Shown piece after piece: positions 17,950-32,900 of a stretch of 64,000 nt of DNA (positions are counted from its first letter, which is position 1; each line of letters opens with the position of its first letter). A program made the position numbers and the translations under genes. Origin of the DNA: Andalucia godoyi And28 (lineage: Eukaryota; Protista; Jakobida). The notes beneath the pieces are model-generated. The model was not told where the DNA came from and searched no databases. It saw only the letters and a program-made list of their open reading frames with translations. The stretch covers positions 62,001 to 126,000 of the forward strand of contig VRVR01000053.1 in the NCBI GenBank assembly GCA_009859145.1. Direction: 5' to 3'.

Positions 17950-20900
17950 ATGTGGCGCTGGATACTGCTGCCAGCGCTTTTCTTTCAGATTGTGTATTCG
18001 CAAGATCTGTATGGCGCGCAGTTGTACTCTAGGTGGTTGGGACCATCATATTTGACGTTCGAAATCACGTTTTTAGAAAGCGTTCGGCTTGGTTTTACGT
18101 ATACTCCGCTCACGGTGCTGCTGGGAGACGGGGCAATTGACACATCCTCGGGTATTCTCCTCCGAAGTTATAACGCTAGCATAGGAACGGTGCTTGAATA
18201 TGAAAGGAACATAGTGCATACGTATCCTGTTCCGAAGGTTTGGTCCGTTTCTGTTCAAGATTGCTGTCGAGTCCCTCTGTTGAATCAGCAAAACTTGGCG
18301 TATTCGTCATTTCGCCTGGAAATCACTGTTGACTGTTCGTCTGCTGCTGTATCTTCTTCCTCGTTCTTTCTCCCACGGCCTGTGTTCCCGTCCGTTTACG
18401 AATATGAAGCGTCGCAAATTTTATCATTTCGAATTCCCGTAACTTCTCGAATCAAGCAACGATATCGCTGCTCGTTGTCTTCTGCTGTTCCGGCTCCTTC
18501 TCGCAATGGATTGGGCGCGGTTGTTTCAACAGATTGTTGGTTTTCCTGGGCTGCGACGTTTACTCTTCCGGGAGAAGCGTACGTTGTACAACTGCTGGTG
18601 GCTGATAGTAGTTCTTCGTCCTCCTCCTTGATTGAATTTCTTCTGGTCGCGATTCAAAGAAAACATAGTGTTCAGTGCCATGTGCACTCTGCATCGGAGG
18701 GTCCCATAGAGCTGGATCCGTGGACCGCTTCGTTGTCTGTCACCAGCATCAGTCCACTCTTCAATGATACAACAGCACGTTTCTTTTCTTTGAGTCGCAC
18801 TCCTTCTTCTACATTTCCTCTAGAAGAAGGCTCCAGAGTGAGTGTTCCGTCGACGGTGAATGTTACGTACAGTCCTCTCTTTCCGTTTGAAGAAATTGAT
18901 CGAACGTGGATAGTCTCTGCGATGTTTCGCGACGTCAATAATAGCGCTCATTTTTGCTTCCTGGAGTTTCAAGTTAGCCGGAGAATGCCATCCATTCGCG
19001 CCTTTCATGTTGTCGATCCGACCAATAATGACAGTTTTCTTGGCATCGGCGACGTGTTTCAGATCGTTTTTGATTCATTGGTGAACACTTCGGCTCCATA
19101 CGATTCTTTTCTTTGTTTCGATCCACCGCTGCCGTCCGGTCTCTCTGTCCAATCTGATTTTTCAAATTATACCACCACCGAATATTTCAAGGGAAGACAG
19201 GGTATGTTAGTGAATGCTTCTGTTTTAACATTGCGGGTTCTGTCAGTTCCAGCGGCTTTCGAATTCATGTTGAGATCCATTGATCTCGTCGGGATTACGT
19301 CTGCGTATGTATGCTCTGCGGCACTTGTAGATGATTCTGGGTTTTCGGTCCAATCGCATTTCAACAGTTCTTTTGCGGTCCTGACGGGGTCAGTTGGATT
19401 CCGTCGACCGCCACATATTGTTGAATTCTCTGTCAGTGACCCTGATTACTCTGATGGAGTTCTTTCAGTTGGGGATGAATTTCTGGTTCGATTCTCCGAG
19501 TATGTTTCGATTCCCGCTGCACCGTTTTCTGACTTTTTGGAATTCCTACCGTTGGACCGTTCTCTTGCAGTCGTCACGAACTGGACAGTATCATGGTCCA
19601 ACTACAATACAACTCTTCGGATTTCTGTTGACGCTCTGAACTTCTCGAATCCTCTTGCTTTCGCTCCTGTGATTGGCATGACTTCGGTGAAGCTGAAAAA
19701 TAATATCGTTCAGGACTTGTATCACAAGTCGATTGCCGACGATCGTGATTCGTTGAATTCTTTTGTTGTTTTGACGGGGGATTTTGGACGCCGTGTGGGT
19801 CCCAATGTATCGTCACTAGTGGTGTATGACCGATTCAGCACTAGCGAAGACTGTGGCCGGGGAGATGTCCTTGTGGCATGCTTCGATTACCCGACGAACT
19901 CCCCTCGCATTTCTTCGAAAATTGAAATTGACTTGTTGTTTGCATTCTCTTCCTCAATTGGCGATGATTATGCTGGCTTGTGGACGAACGCGTCGTGTGC
20001 TGAAATAGAAATTCTGATCTCTCCCGTTAATTCAACATTTTCCCCCGGTTTACTCTCCATTTTCGTCATCGGACCGTTGCGCGATTTTCGAAAAGAAATG
20101 CGGCCTTCTGTTTCGTCCAGTGCAGTTCTCTCGGGATCCTGCGGACTTGCGATGCCGAATGATTCCATCGTCTCATTAGTCGCGGCTGATCCAGACAACC
20201 TGGATGGAGTATTTTCTGCAGGCGATACCATTGATGTTCAGTTCAACTTCAATGCGACGATGTTGGAGCCGTTTGGAAATGGTACGTGTGGATCTGAACG
20301 AACGAATTTGGATGCTGTTCAAGCTGCTAGGATACTTGCCTTTTCACACCCTTTCCTTGTTAATTTCAGCCTGGAGATCAGTCCCGGAGGGAAGTGGACA
20401 ATCCGAGTTCTTGACGTTGACGTGAACGCCGCTCCGCCTCCTTTTGGTCGGTTTTTCCTGCAGGTCTCGTCTGCTTGCATTATGGGTCTGCACAATGCCA
20501 GCAATGCAAATCTCCGGTCTCCTCCATTGTCAGGGAACTGGGGCGAGCTTATGGCCCCTCGAATTGTCGACTTTCTTGCACACGACCCGGACGACGGTGA
20601 TAATGTGCTATCACAAGGCGATCAGTTGACGGTCGTTTTCGATCGATCGACAAACTCTCCGACCATTTCGGCATCCGAAGAGTTGTTGCGATGTTTTGCA
20701 TTTTCTCCCGTTCTTGATATTGGGCTTTCTGCCGTTTGGAACGATTCTCGATCTGTACTTCTTACCGTTGTACAACCCCTGACTGCGAGTGAGTCACGAT
20801 CTTATTTTCTTCTTGGTTCTCTCCAAATTTTTGTACGCCGAGAATGCTTCTTGAGGGATGATACGAACACAAGCTCTGTCAGCGAATCAGTGTCGCCGGT

Positions 20901-23900
20901 TCTGCGTGGCAACTGGGGCCGCCGTGGTCCAGTTTTTGTGGACGCTCCGCTCGCATTCGATCCCGGAAACAGGGATGCAGTGTTCTCGAACGGAGATGCG
21001 ATTCGTCTTGAGTTTTCTGAGCCAACTAACACGCCTCCGGTGAATTCGAAAGCTGAGGTTGATTGCTGGCTATCTTTTTCGGAACCTATAGGGTCAGCGT
21101 ATCACGGTTTCTGGTCTCTCAATGGAACGGTACTGACGCTTGTTGTCACCGAAGTTGGCTTCGTCGATGCTCCAAGAATAGGCTTGTTCACGGTTAGTGT
21201 TATCGGATTACTGCAGAGCGCATCGGGCGTGTCTTTGGTCAGTAACGTCACGTCGCCCCCGCTTAAGGGTGACTGGGGAACATCCCGCTGTCTGTTCGTT
21301 TCGTCTTTTTCTGTTGTTGACACAGGATCACCATCTGCCTGTCAGACGTATGGCTCTGAAGACATTTTTTACATCTTTGTATCGCGCCCGGTGGACATGC
21401 CGCTAAACTCCTCAGTCACATTATCCCATTTTAATGACCACTTTGAGTTCTCTGACAATTCGTTACTGGATTCCTCCTCGACAGTAACTTACGTTGAAGA
21501 CACGCAAGGTGCGTATTTTTTTCGAATTCAAGCTGCGCAGAGTGTGTCGCTACAGTCTCGAGCACCAAAAATTGGCGTTTCGAGGATCGGTTTTCGGCCG
21601 TCATCTGATCTCATGGATGCCGCACATAATTGCCTTCCAGGAAACAATAGCAAAGCTGTTCTTTCCGGATCGTATGGTGTTGGTGTGCCCGTAACAATTG
21701 CCAGGTTTTTTGCAGCAGATTTAGATGACTTGGATCGTGTTCCCTCTGTTGGAGATGTCATTTGGGTGGAATTTTCTTCGAACACATCAATGCCATCTGT
21801 TTTTCCATGGGCAAACTTTGTGACTGTGTTTTCCTTGGACGCGATGCTGTCGAAATCCGCAGTGTTTGCTGCGTCCTGGACACGCCCCGACTTGCTACGA
21901 TTGGATGTTATGGCGGTTCTGGACGAATCCGCTCTGATTTCATTCGTATCTGGAGTGGCTGTGAAGATTTCAGTCCGGTCCCCGTCTTTGTTGGACACCT
22001 CTCGTTGTTCGAGCCTTGTCTTTTCCATCAGCCCGCAGCTCACTGGAAATTGGGGGCGGTTGTCTCCCCAATTGCAGTCGATTTCCTTTGATGATCCTGA
22101 TGATTTGGATGCCATTCTGTCTGTTGGAGACCGATTATGTCTGTACTTTGATTCCTCGACGAACCAGCCGACCCTTTCTGGTGGTCTTCTGGAATATGTC
22201 GACTTTGTTTCGAACCCGAACGCACTCAATAATGCTACGTTTTCTTCTCTGTGGCTGAATACTTCCACACTGTGCTTTACCATCACGTCGCTACCAGCTG
22301 CAGTGGTGTTGCCTGTCATTGGCTTCGACGTTTTACACATCCGTTCGAGCGCGGGTATACAATTAGCTGGACACGGGTCTCTGAATTCTACGTCGTCGGC
22401 TGTTTTGGCAGGGAACTTCGGGACACTTCCGGGTCCTGCAATTATATCGTTTGTTGCCAGTGATCCAGACAATTTGGACGGCATCTTTTCGGCATTCGAC
22501 GTTTTTCTCGTGACGTTTGATGGACCTACAAACTGCCCAAACGTTAACTCCAAATTCTTGATTGATCAGTTGATTCTGTTCTCAGGTGCTGGATTTGGTG
22601 CCGATTACAATGCAACTTGGTTGACTTTGGCTACGCTGAAAATCGTTGTGCTCAACGTTGGCACCTTGACAAGAGCATCCAGTCCCCGAGTTGGATCCTA
22701 TCGTATTTCGATTCGATCATCCGGTAATTTGAAGAACTCCATGAATACGTCGCTGCCAAGTTCTGCATGGTCCCCCGTTCTTTCTGGAAGCTTGGGTGCG
22801 TACAGCGGACCCTCGATCGTGGACTTCGTTATTTCGGACCCGATCGATGTGGACCATTCTTGCGGCGCTGGTGACGTTCTTGAGATTCATTTTTCAGAAC
22901 CGACAAACATGCCACCGCTGCAATTTCTCGCAGGTTCGACACCACAGACCAAGTACATGAGTCCTCTGGACAGTGTTTTCTCATTTACCGCTAGCATTGG
23001 AGCATCCTATCGAGGCTACTGGCATAACGCGTCTGTTGCCCGCGTTGAAATCCTGCTTTCGTCTTCAGTTGTTAGCTCCATCCAAATTGGATCGCTGCGA
23101 GTTACGTCTCTGGCAAATGGGGATATAGCGAATCAGGGAGGCTTCTCGCAGGCCTCTGCGTCTGTTTCTCCGGCTCTTCGTGGCAGTTGCGGGTACGGTG
23201 GCCCATCCATCACATCCCTTACGGCGATTGATGCTGATGATGCCGATGGAGTTTTTTCCGCTGATGATGAACTGGTCATTACCTTCAGCGAGGATACAAA
23301 TACTCCGGATATCTCTCGGATGGATCTTGTCGATGAGGTTTTTTATGTTCCACCACCGTACTCTTTGGGAACTAATTACACAGGCGAGTGGGCAGATCCA
23401 CGAACAGCTCGAATTCATGTTCGCAATGCCGCTATTCCTGCAGGGTTCTTTTATCCATTGGTTGGTGCGCTCGATTTCTTCATACAAGTTAAGAACACTT
23501 CGGGACTCGCAGATGGGTCTGGTCTCGGAAACCTTTCCTTTTCTTTGAGTCCTGCTCTGGCAGGTTCGTGGGGAAACCGCCAAGGTCCTTATATAACGAG
23601 CATCATCGCGGACGGAGATGATGCTGTCGATGGTATATATGGCGCCGGGGATGTGTTGTACGTGACTTTCAATGAGTCGACAAATGAACCGCCGATGACG
23701 ACGCACGCGCAACTTGTCGCAGGCTTTTTTGTGTGTCACACCCCTCCTTCATGCATTGATCCGAATGGACACACTTTGGGAACTCTCACAAGCGGGAGAT
23801 GGGTGAATTCTTCAGTTTTACTGATTACTATACTTATTCCCGGGACCACGATAGCTTCAACTCCGATAATAGGCCGAACGCTCATTGCACCCCGTCAAAC

Positions 23901-26900
23901 TGCAAATCTGCGAAACAGTGGATCTTGGTCTCTCGTGTCGTCGTCTCCGTCCCCGTCCTTAGTTGGAGATTGGGGCTTGTTTCCCGGCCCTCGGATCATT
24001 GAGTTTTCATGTCGCGATCCAACAGATTCTGACTACTGGTACGGAAACGGCGACGAGATTATGATACGATTTGATTCTGGAACGAACACCCCACCTGTTT
24101 CTACAATGTCGCAGTTTGATGCGCTTTTCAATTTCTCGCATGTGATAGGCAAGATGTACAAAGCTATGTGGAAAAATGACAGGGTACTCATCATCTCTGT
24201 CAGCGATGTTACAAATGGTACTCTGCAGCTGAATGAAACCCAAGTAAGCATTTTATCTTCGATCCGGAATTCGGCAGGGATCTCGTCTGTGCGTGTGGGT
24301 GAGCTCTCGCCCTTCTTATCTGGTGACTTCGGTAAGAAGGGGCCGTTCATTTTGTCCTATGTTGTTTCTGCTCCCAATCCTGCGACGGATGGGATTTTCG
24401 GAGAAACAGACGTCATTTCGATCGAGTTTTCAACACCAACGAATGTGCCTCCTCTGTCAACAAAAGCCCTAGTGGACTCGGTATTTTTCTTCAAGCCCCC
24501 CATCGGACAAAACTACTCGGGATCGTGGACTTCGTCAACTACTGCAGTCATAACGATAACTGCATTTTCTGGAGTACCGAGAGAGAGCCGTCCTCAGATT
24601 GGTGCATCCACGGTGCGCGTCCGAGAAACTTTACGGAACGACTCGCTGACGTCCTACGTTTCGGTGAGTGAATCACCGCTGTTGAGTGGGTTCGTTGGAA
24701 ATCGATCCGGTCCTGCAATTGTTTCATTCGATATTTCCGATCCGGATAACAGTGACCGAGTTTTGTCAATTGGAGATGTTTTGGACATTTGCTTTTCCGA
24801 GCCTACGTCCATCCCGTTGCTGTCATCGACAGCGGCGGTCAATTCTGTGTTTTCTTTTTCAGCTTCCATTGGAGCAGCATATTCTGGGCTATGGAGCAAC
24901 TCATCTTGTGCAAGGATTGCTCTGCTTAATATTTCTGGAAACGACATTCGTCTTGGAAATCTGTCTGTTTCGGTGCAGTCTGGAGTGTTGTATGATGCTT
25001 CTTCCGTCTCACTTGCAACAACTCCGGTGTTTTGCTGCCCTTTACAGGGAAATATGGGTCTTCAAGGACCACAGATTGTGTCCTTTGTTGCGGATGACCC
25101 TGATCAGGCGGACGGAATCGTAAGCTCGGGTGACACCCTGAAAATTTGCTTTGATCTTCCAACCAATCGTCCAGAAATACTTGCGCACAACCAAGTCATT
25201 TCGATATTTCGGTTCTCCGCTCCCATTGGACAAAATTCAACCGGCACATGGGAGACTGATTGCTGCGCTTTGATTACGATTGAAGATGCTACGACTTCAT
25301 CAGAATTCGAGACCGCTGTCGGTCACTTGCGTGTCTCTGTCATTGGAAATTTACGCGACTCAAACTCTTCTCTGCTGCCGTCGAATTCTTCGTCAGGCCC
25401 TGTAACTGGGACGTTTGGGGATCGTGCCGGGCCCCGGATCGTGTTCTTTGACGTCTTTGATACTGATGACCTCGATCGTGTCTGGTCTGCCGGAGACGTT
25501 CTCCGACTGTGCTTCAATGAGAGCACCAATACTCCGGAGATATCTACTCCGGAAGCAGTTTCCAGCTGCTTTGCATTTTCTCCCGTTTTGACAGGAGTTG
25601 CTTTTTCCGGGACGTGGTTTAACTCATCTTGCGCTGACTTGACCGTTATTTCGCTGGATTTTGGATCTGCACCGCCCCTGCTTCATGTCACTATTGTTGA
25701 GGTACGGTTTTCTGCTGCACTGCGGGACGCCAAGAACGTCAGCCGTCGCTCCACTTCTCAGTCACCTCCCCTAACTGGAAATTTCGGTAGATTTCCTCCG
25801 AATATTTCCGGGTTTGAAGTATCGGACCCTGACGATCTTGATCGTGTGTTGTCAAGCGGTGACGTACTTACGATTGAGTTCGATATTCCCACCAACACTC
25901 CTGCGGTATCTTCATCCTCGGAAATATTTCAAGTTTTCGGCTTTTCCAACAATCATTCGTTTGCATCAGCGCTGCAAGATATCTCGGGTTTGTGGGTGAC
26001 TGACAGGACGGTCGTTCTGAACCTGACGTTTAGAAACTCGCCAATGGCATCTACCTTGATACTGGGCCAATCAGTTGTGTTTGTGTTACCTTCTGGAAGG
26101 TTGTATGATCGGAGTCTGTCCTCGATCCCGTCTTATCAAACGTCACCACCGCTCTCCGGATCGTTTGGGAGGTTTCCTCCTCAGTTGGTGAAGATGGAGG
26201 CTAACGATCCAGATAACTCTGACATCTTTTATTCTGTGGGAGACGAGATTGTGTTGACCTTTGATGTGCCAACTTGCAAGCCGGATCTGACTTCGAAGGT
26301 CAACGTTGATGCAATGCTAAATTTCTCGATTCCCATAGGACTGATGTACGATGGTCTTTGGGATGCTTCCGGAAAGGTGCTTCGAGTACGTATTTTGATT
26401 GCGTATCCGTATCCAGCAGACGTCTCGACAAACGCTCTTCTTTTTTCTCGACTCAATGTCACGTTTGGGGGAAATTTTCTCTGGGGTGAGGATCGTCTAC
26501 TGCTTCCTCTGGTTGGATTTTCGAATGTTAATTTGACTGGATCCTTTGGAGAGAGGGCTTCTCCGATCGTGTCTGCATTTGTCGCGAGCGATCCGGATGA
26601 TGGGGATTTCCAAATGTATAGCATTGGCGACGTGCTTGATTTGCAGTTTTCCGAAGCGACAAACCAGCCGCCACTCTTCCAATACTTGGTGTTTTCTCAT
26701 TCGGTCGGGATCTTGAACGGCTACTGGCTTTCTCCATCCATCTTCAGACTCGTCGTTCTCAATGTATCACATGCGAATGTTACAATTGGGAACCTTTCGG
26801 TGGCAATCCCGGAAAATGCGAACTTGCGATCAGCTGGCAATGTTTCTTATGCTCTTGACTGTTCAGGTGTTGTCCTCGCAGGTAATTTTGGAAGGCTGCC

Positions 26901-29900
26901 CCCGCACATTGTCGCCTCCTACGTGTACGACCCTGCGGACGATGACAATGTTTGGAATACTGAAGATGTTCTCCAGGTAGTTTTCAACAGCCCGACAAAT
27001 CGTCCAAACATTGGTTCTTCCTCTAATGTTAATTCGCTCATTCTCATTGAGGACTTGTTTGGAGTACCACTGCTTCCTATTACCTCGTTTGTTGGGTATT
27101 GGAATAATGAAGGTGATGTTCTCACCTTAGTTGTTCAGGTTGCGGGAGCTCCGATCGTCCCCGGTCTTCATGTTGTCCGGCTCAGAACCAGTGGCAATTT
27201 GAGGGACTCGTCGGGCGTTAGTCTTCCTTCATCAGCCCGGAGCCCAGCAATATCCGGAAACGTTGGAAGGTTTCCTCCGACGATTTTGGCGTTCGTCGCT
27301 GACGATCCTGATGATCTAGATCGCATCTATTCAGACGATGATACACTAATGATTGTCTTTGATCGCCCGACGAACCAACCGCCATTGTCAAATTTGTCAT
27401 CTGTTTTGGTTTTTTCCAATCCGTCTTCAGTTGCAACAAATGTATCCGCGAGTTGGCTGAACTCGTCTACCATTTTAATCAAGATGCTAACGGTAATCCC
27501 GGATGCTCTATTAATTGGGAATTCCTTTGTATCCGTCTTGTCTTCTGCAAATGTTACAGATCCGCTCGGCATCTTGAACCCCTGCAATTCCAGCAGTCCT
27601 TTTCTTTCGGGTGACTTTGGACGTTTTCCTTTGAGGGTAGTTTCGTTTTCTGTCCGCGATGACGACAACACGGACATTTATTTCGGTATAGGTGATGAAT
27701 TTGTGTTGGACTTTGAAGGCCCAACCAACCAACCATTTATGGGGTCAAAATCTCTTGTTGATTCACAGATCGCTTTTTCCACGTCCATTGGAGACAACTA
27801 TTTCGGATATTGGGAAAGTTCTTCGAGACTCGTAATTCAGGTGCTTGCTGAATCGTCATCTCCAGTGTATGGCAAGACGAATGCAACAAATGTCTTCCTT
27901 TTTGCGCACTTGAATGCAACGCTACGAGGACTGTCAATTCAAGACAATCTGCTCTTCCTAAATCCTTCGTGTGCAACCACGCCTGCTTTGCAAGGCACTT
28001 TCGGAGAAAGGAAGGGGCCTAGGATACTTGCTTTCATTGCTGCGGATCCTGACGACAACGATTTCCAAGTGTGGTCCGTCGACGATACGCTAACGTTGTT
28101 GTTCTCTGAGGATACCAACATGGTTGACATTGCTCCTTTCCTGGAATTTAGCGATTCGGTCGGGGTATGGCGTGGAATCTGGGTCTCCCCAAAGGCGTAC
28201 ACTCTTACCATCACCGACGTGAGCAATTCACTGCCCATTATCGGCTCTTCGAATGTGACTCTCCGTGACTCTGGCGGCCTTCGATCCGCTGGGAACGGGT
28301 CGTATGTGACGCATGAAACTTCTCCTCCCCTTGCGGGAACATTTGGAAGAAAACCGCCACAAATCTTGAGCTGTCATGTATGGGACTCCACTGACGGAGA
28401 TCACGTGTTCGGACCTGGTGACCTGGTGCAGCTTGTCTTTGATTCTCCAACTAACCGCTTGGATGTCCAATCCGTCGACAATGCTAGTCTGTATTTCCAA
28501 ATGTTGCTTCCCCCTCAGAATTTGAGTGCTACATTCACGGGATCTTGGTGGAACGACACAGTCCTGCTCCTGAACGTTTCGGGATTCTCGGGAATCCAGC
28601 CGGTTGTCAACCAGTCGCGATTTCGACCATTGCAGTTTGGAAACACGGGCGTTCAGGATCCTACTCTGTACAGCATTTTCTCTACTCAGGCAAGTCCACC
28701 GTGTGAGGGAACGTTCGGACGCCGAGCACCGTTTGTGGTCTCTCTACAAGCACTGGACCCCTACAACGACGATCGTGTCTGGGACGAAGGCGACAAAATC
28801 CGCATCCATTTTAACCGTCCTACAAATCAACCACTGGTCAACAACAAAACAGCGATTGACAACCTTGTGAGATGGATTCCATTCCCATTAGCGAACAGTT
28901 ATAACGGAGAATGGCTGAATAGTAGTGTCCTAGAAATAACATTCCGCGATGTGCTCTCAACTGGACCTCTCATTCATAATACTACCATAGCCATCCTTCC
29001 GCAAGGGCGACTACAAGATTCAACATTAACCTCCCTCATAGCAAACGAAACCTCCGCAGTATCCCTAAGTGGAAATTTAGGACTTCTTGGTCCGCAGATC
29101 CGTGCTTTTTGGGTGCGGGATCCGACAAATTCCAGCGTTTACTTGCAGGACGGCGATCAATTTATTATTGACTGGGAGATGCCGACGTCACAGCCGCCAC
29201 TGGCGTCGAAGGCGCTGGTGGATTTGGAGTTCAACTTCAGCATGCCCTTGGGTCTTAATTACTCTGGCTCGTGGTTATCGTCTTCGCGGCTTGCCATTAC
29301 GGTTCTTGCGGCGTGGCCGGATTATGTCAGTGTACCGTCCACTCTGGACTCGTTCTTTGCCAATCTCACGGTGAGCGTTTTGGGCCGGTCTATCCGCAAT
29401 GCGTCGCTGGATCTTGTGCCGTCGTTAGCCAGAACTGCCCGGGGTGCGCTTGGAGGGTCATTCGGATACAGACTTGGACCGTCGATTGTGAGTGTCGTGT
29501 GTGACGATCCTGATGATGGAGACTTCCAAGTGTTCGGCGCAGGTGATACCGTGACGATTTTGTTTTCTGAGGCGACGTCCATGCCGTCCGGAATTGGATC
29601 GTTTTTGACGTTCAACCAACCGTTCGGACAGTTTGTGTGGACGTGGGCGGACAACCGGACGCTTGTGCTGGACGTGACTGATGGGCAAGGCAAACAGCCC
29701 GATATTGCCAGTCTTCGCGTGAGTGTGCCTTTCGAGGCGGATTTGCGGGCAGCTGGGAATGTGTCGCTTCCGTCGAACACGACGAGTGCTGTTGGTGGGA
29801 CGCGTGGCGATTGGGGTCGGCGTTCTCCGATTCCAATTGCGGCGTGGGTGGATGATCCAGACAACGCGGACTACTATTTTTCCGCTGGAGATGCAGTGTA

Positions 29901-32900
29901 CGTCATGTTTGACATGCCGACGAATCAGTTGTCTTACACGGGCACGTCTGTGGTTGCGGACTGCTTTGTGTTTCAAGGGCTGTCCAGCGGAACTGTTGTG
30001 AACGCAACTGGTGCATGGCACAATGCCACAACACTCCTGCTGACGGTAACTGCTGTTGCGACGGTGAATGGGAAGCTGCTGGAACACGAGGACGTTGTTG
30101 GGTTGATGGCTGTGAGTGTGCTGTCGTGTGCCAATGTCACAGAACACACGTCGTACTCACTGCCTGCTTCGTCAGTGAGCTCCCCGAATGTGACGGGAAC
30201 TGTGGGTTTGCAAGCGCCGTTTGTTGTGAAGTGGTGGGCAGATGACCCGGATGACGGTGATCGGGTGTGGTCGGATGGCGATGAGCTGTTTGTGTTGTTC
30301 AACCGTCCGACGAACACTCCGATAATCGCAAGCTTCGATGCATTGCAGCGGCTTCTTGGAGTTGTAGCATCGACAACTCGCAGCGGGGTGTCGAACGGGA
30401 TTGGATTGAACGCAACTGCGTGGTGGCAGAACTCAACGTTGCTTGTTGTGCATCTGTTGAATGTTTCTGCCGTTGGCGACTTTGTGGTTATGCAGACGCG
30501 TGTCTGCGTTTTTTGGTCAGGGGGCCTCAGGGATCATGCCGGCCGTTCTTTGGTTTCTAACCAGACGAGCGGGCCAGTATTGGACGGGGATGTAGGACTT
30601 CTTGGTCCGCAGATCCGTGCTTTTTGGGTGCGGGATCCGACAAATTCCAGCGTTTACTTGCAGGACGGCGATCAATTTATTATTGACTGGGAGATGCCGA
30701 CGTCACAGCCGCCACTGGCGTCGAAGGCGCTGGTGGATTTGGAGTTCAACTTCAGCATGCCCTTGGGTCTTAATTACTCTGGCTCGTGGTTATCGTCTTC
30801 GCGGCTTGCCATTACGGTTCTTGCGGCGTGGCCGGATTATGTCAGTGTACCGTCCACTCTGGACTCGTTCTTTGCCAATCTCACGGTGAGCGTTTTGGGC
30901 CGGTCTATCCGCAATGCGTCGCTGGATCTTGTGCCGTCGTTAGCCAGAACTGCCCGGGGTGCGCTTGGAGGGTCATTCGGATACAGACTTGGACCGTCGA
31001 TTGTGAGTGTCGTGTGTGACGATCCTGATGATGGAGACTTCCAAGTGTTCGGCGCAGGTGATACCGTGACGATTTTGTTTTCTGAGGCGACGTCCATGCC
31101 GTCCGGAATTGGATCGTTTTTGACGTTCAACCAACCGTTCGGACAGTTTGTGTGGACGTGGGCGGACAACCGGACGCTTGTGCTGGACGTGACTGATGGG
31201 CAAGGCAAACAGCCCGATATTGCCAGTCTTCGCGTGAGTGTGCCTTTCGAGGCGGATTTGCGGGCAGCTGGGAATGTGTCGCTTCCGTCGAACACGACGA
31301 GTGCTGTTGGTGGGACGCGTGGCGATTTTGGATTGTGTGCTCCGAAAATTCAATTCTTCGTAGTATATGATTTATTTAATGCTGATTACGTATTCAGCAC
31401 CTCGGATCGTTTTGTTTTGGTATTCGATGTCCCCACAAATCAAATGGATGTGTCTTCTCCACAAGATGTTGAGAAATTGTTTGCTTTCTATCCGCCGCTT
31501 AATGCGGATTTAAGATTCTGTGGAGCTTGGTTAAACTCATCCGCAATTGTCTTTGAAGCTCAGGTGTCGAACTTTTCTTCTCCACCTATAATTGGGTCGC
31601 AAACAATTTGTACGCGCCCGTTGTCTGGCATTCGGGATTCTCACAACTCGTCGGTTGATGTGGGTATTTCGTGTGCTGTTTTGTCTGGAGACTTCGGACG
31701 GATGGCTCCGTATATTGTTTCGTCCTGGTTCGACGACCCCGACGATGCAGATCGGTACTGGAGTTCCGGAGACATGTTGTTCGTTGCATTTGATCGTGCT
31801 ACCTCGTCTCCTCCATTTTCTTCATTATTCACTGTTGATGACTTATTTGAATTTCAGAACATTCGTGATCCCTCTCTTCCTGTTTGCCTGGACTGGATTG
31901 CACACTGGATGAATTCGTCTTTGGTGAAATTGCAGTGTAACGCTGCGGTTGATGGACAACTGATTCCCAACGTTGCTGCGATAGCAGTGAAGTCAACGGC
32001 GGGCCTTACTTCGGCGGATGGGATCTCATTTCTGTCGTCTGCGGGTTACGGACCTATTGGGGGTCATGTTGGTCGACTTGGACCACAGATCGCAAAATTT
32101 TGTGTGAGGGATGTTTTGAACGACGACATTCATTTTGGTCAATCTGATTGCTTCGAAGTTTGGTTTGATCTTCCAACTAATCGTCCTGAACTTCCCCCAT
32201 ATTCCCTTTTCAATTTCTCTTTGCCTGATCTTGCCAAAAATTTTACCTGGTCGTGGCATAACTCTTCTGTGTATGAATTTTGTGCAAGTACTCCAAACTT
32301 CGAGCTGTATCCTCCGGATGTTGAAACCGCTAATCAAATCATGTCGACGTTGGTTATCAGCGTTCAATGCGATTTGCGCTCAGCAGACCTGTATTCTGTC
32401 CCTTCCCGTTCATTGTCGTTTTTATCAGGTAGTTTTGGGGATCGTTCAGGACCAAGAATTATTGGCTTTGAAGTATTCGACCCTGATGATTTAGACCGTG
32501 ATTGGTCAACAGGAGACGTACTGATTCTTACATTCAGCGAAGCAACAAACACTCCACAACCAGTTTCTATCTTCGATTTGCTAATGTTTTCTGATGATCC
32601 CGGTCCCTTGACATATCATTGGCAAAACAGCTCGACATTAGTAATGACCAGTCTCGGACATAATTCCGTTTCATCATTCCGTCTTGGAGTGTCTTGTGTT
32701 TCCGTATTATCAAGCGTTGTGCATCTTCGCGACAGCCTGAACAAATCGCTTGCCTCCATCGCCCGTTCTTCTCCATTGTCCGGTACTTTCGGAAGGATGG
32801 CTCCAGTCATGACGTCGTTGCTAGCGGTGCCGAGTACGGCCTCCTTGGACGCCAGGCTATCCGTTGGCGACAGATTTCGAATTGTATTTGACGTCGAAAT

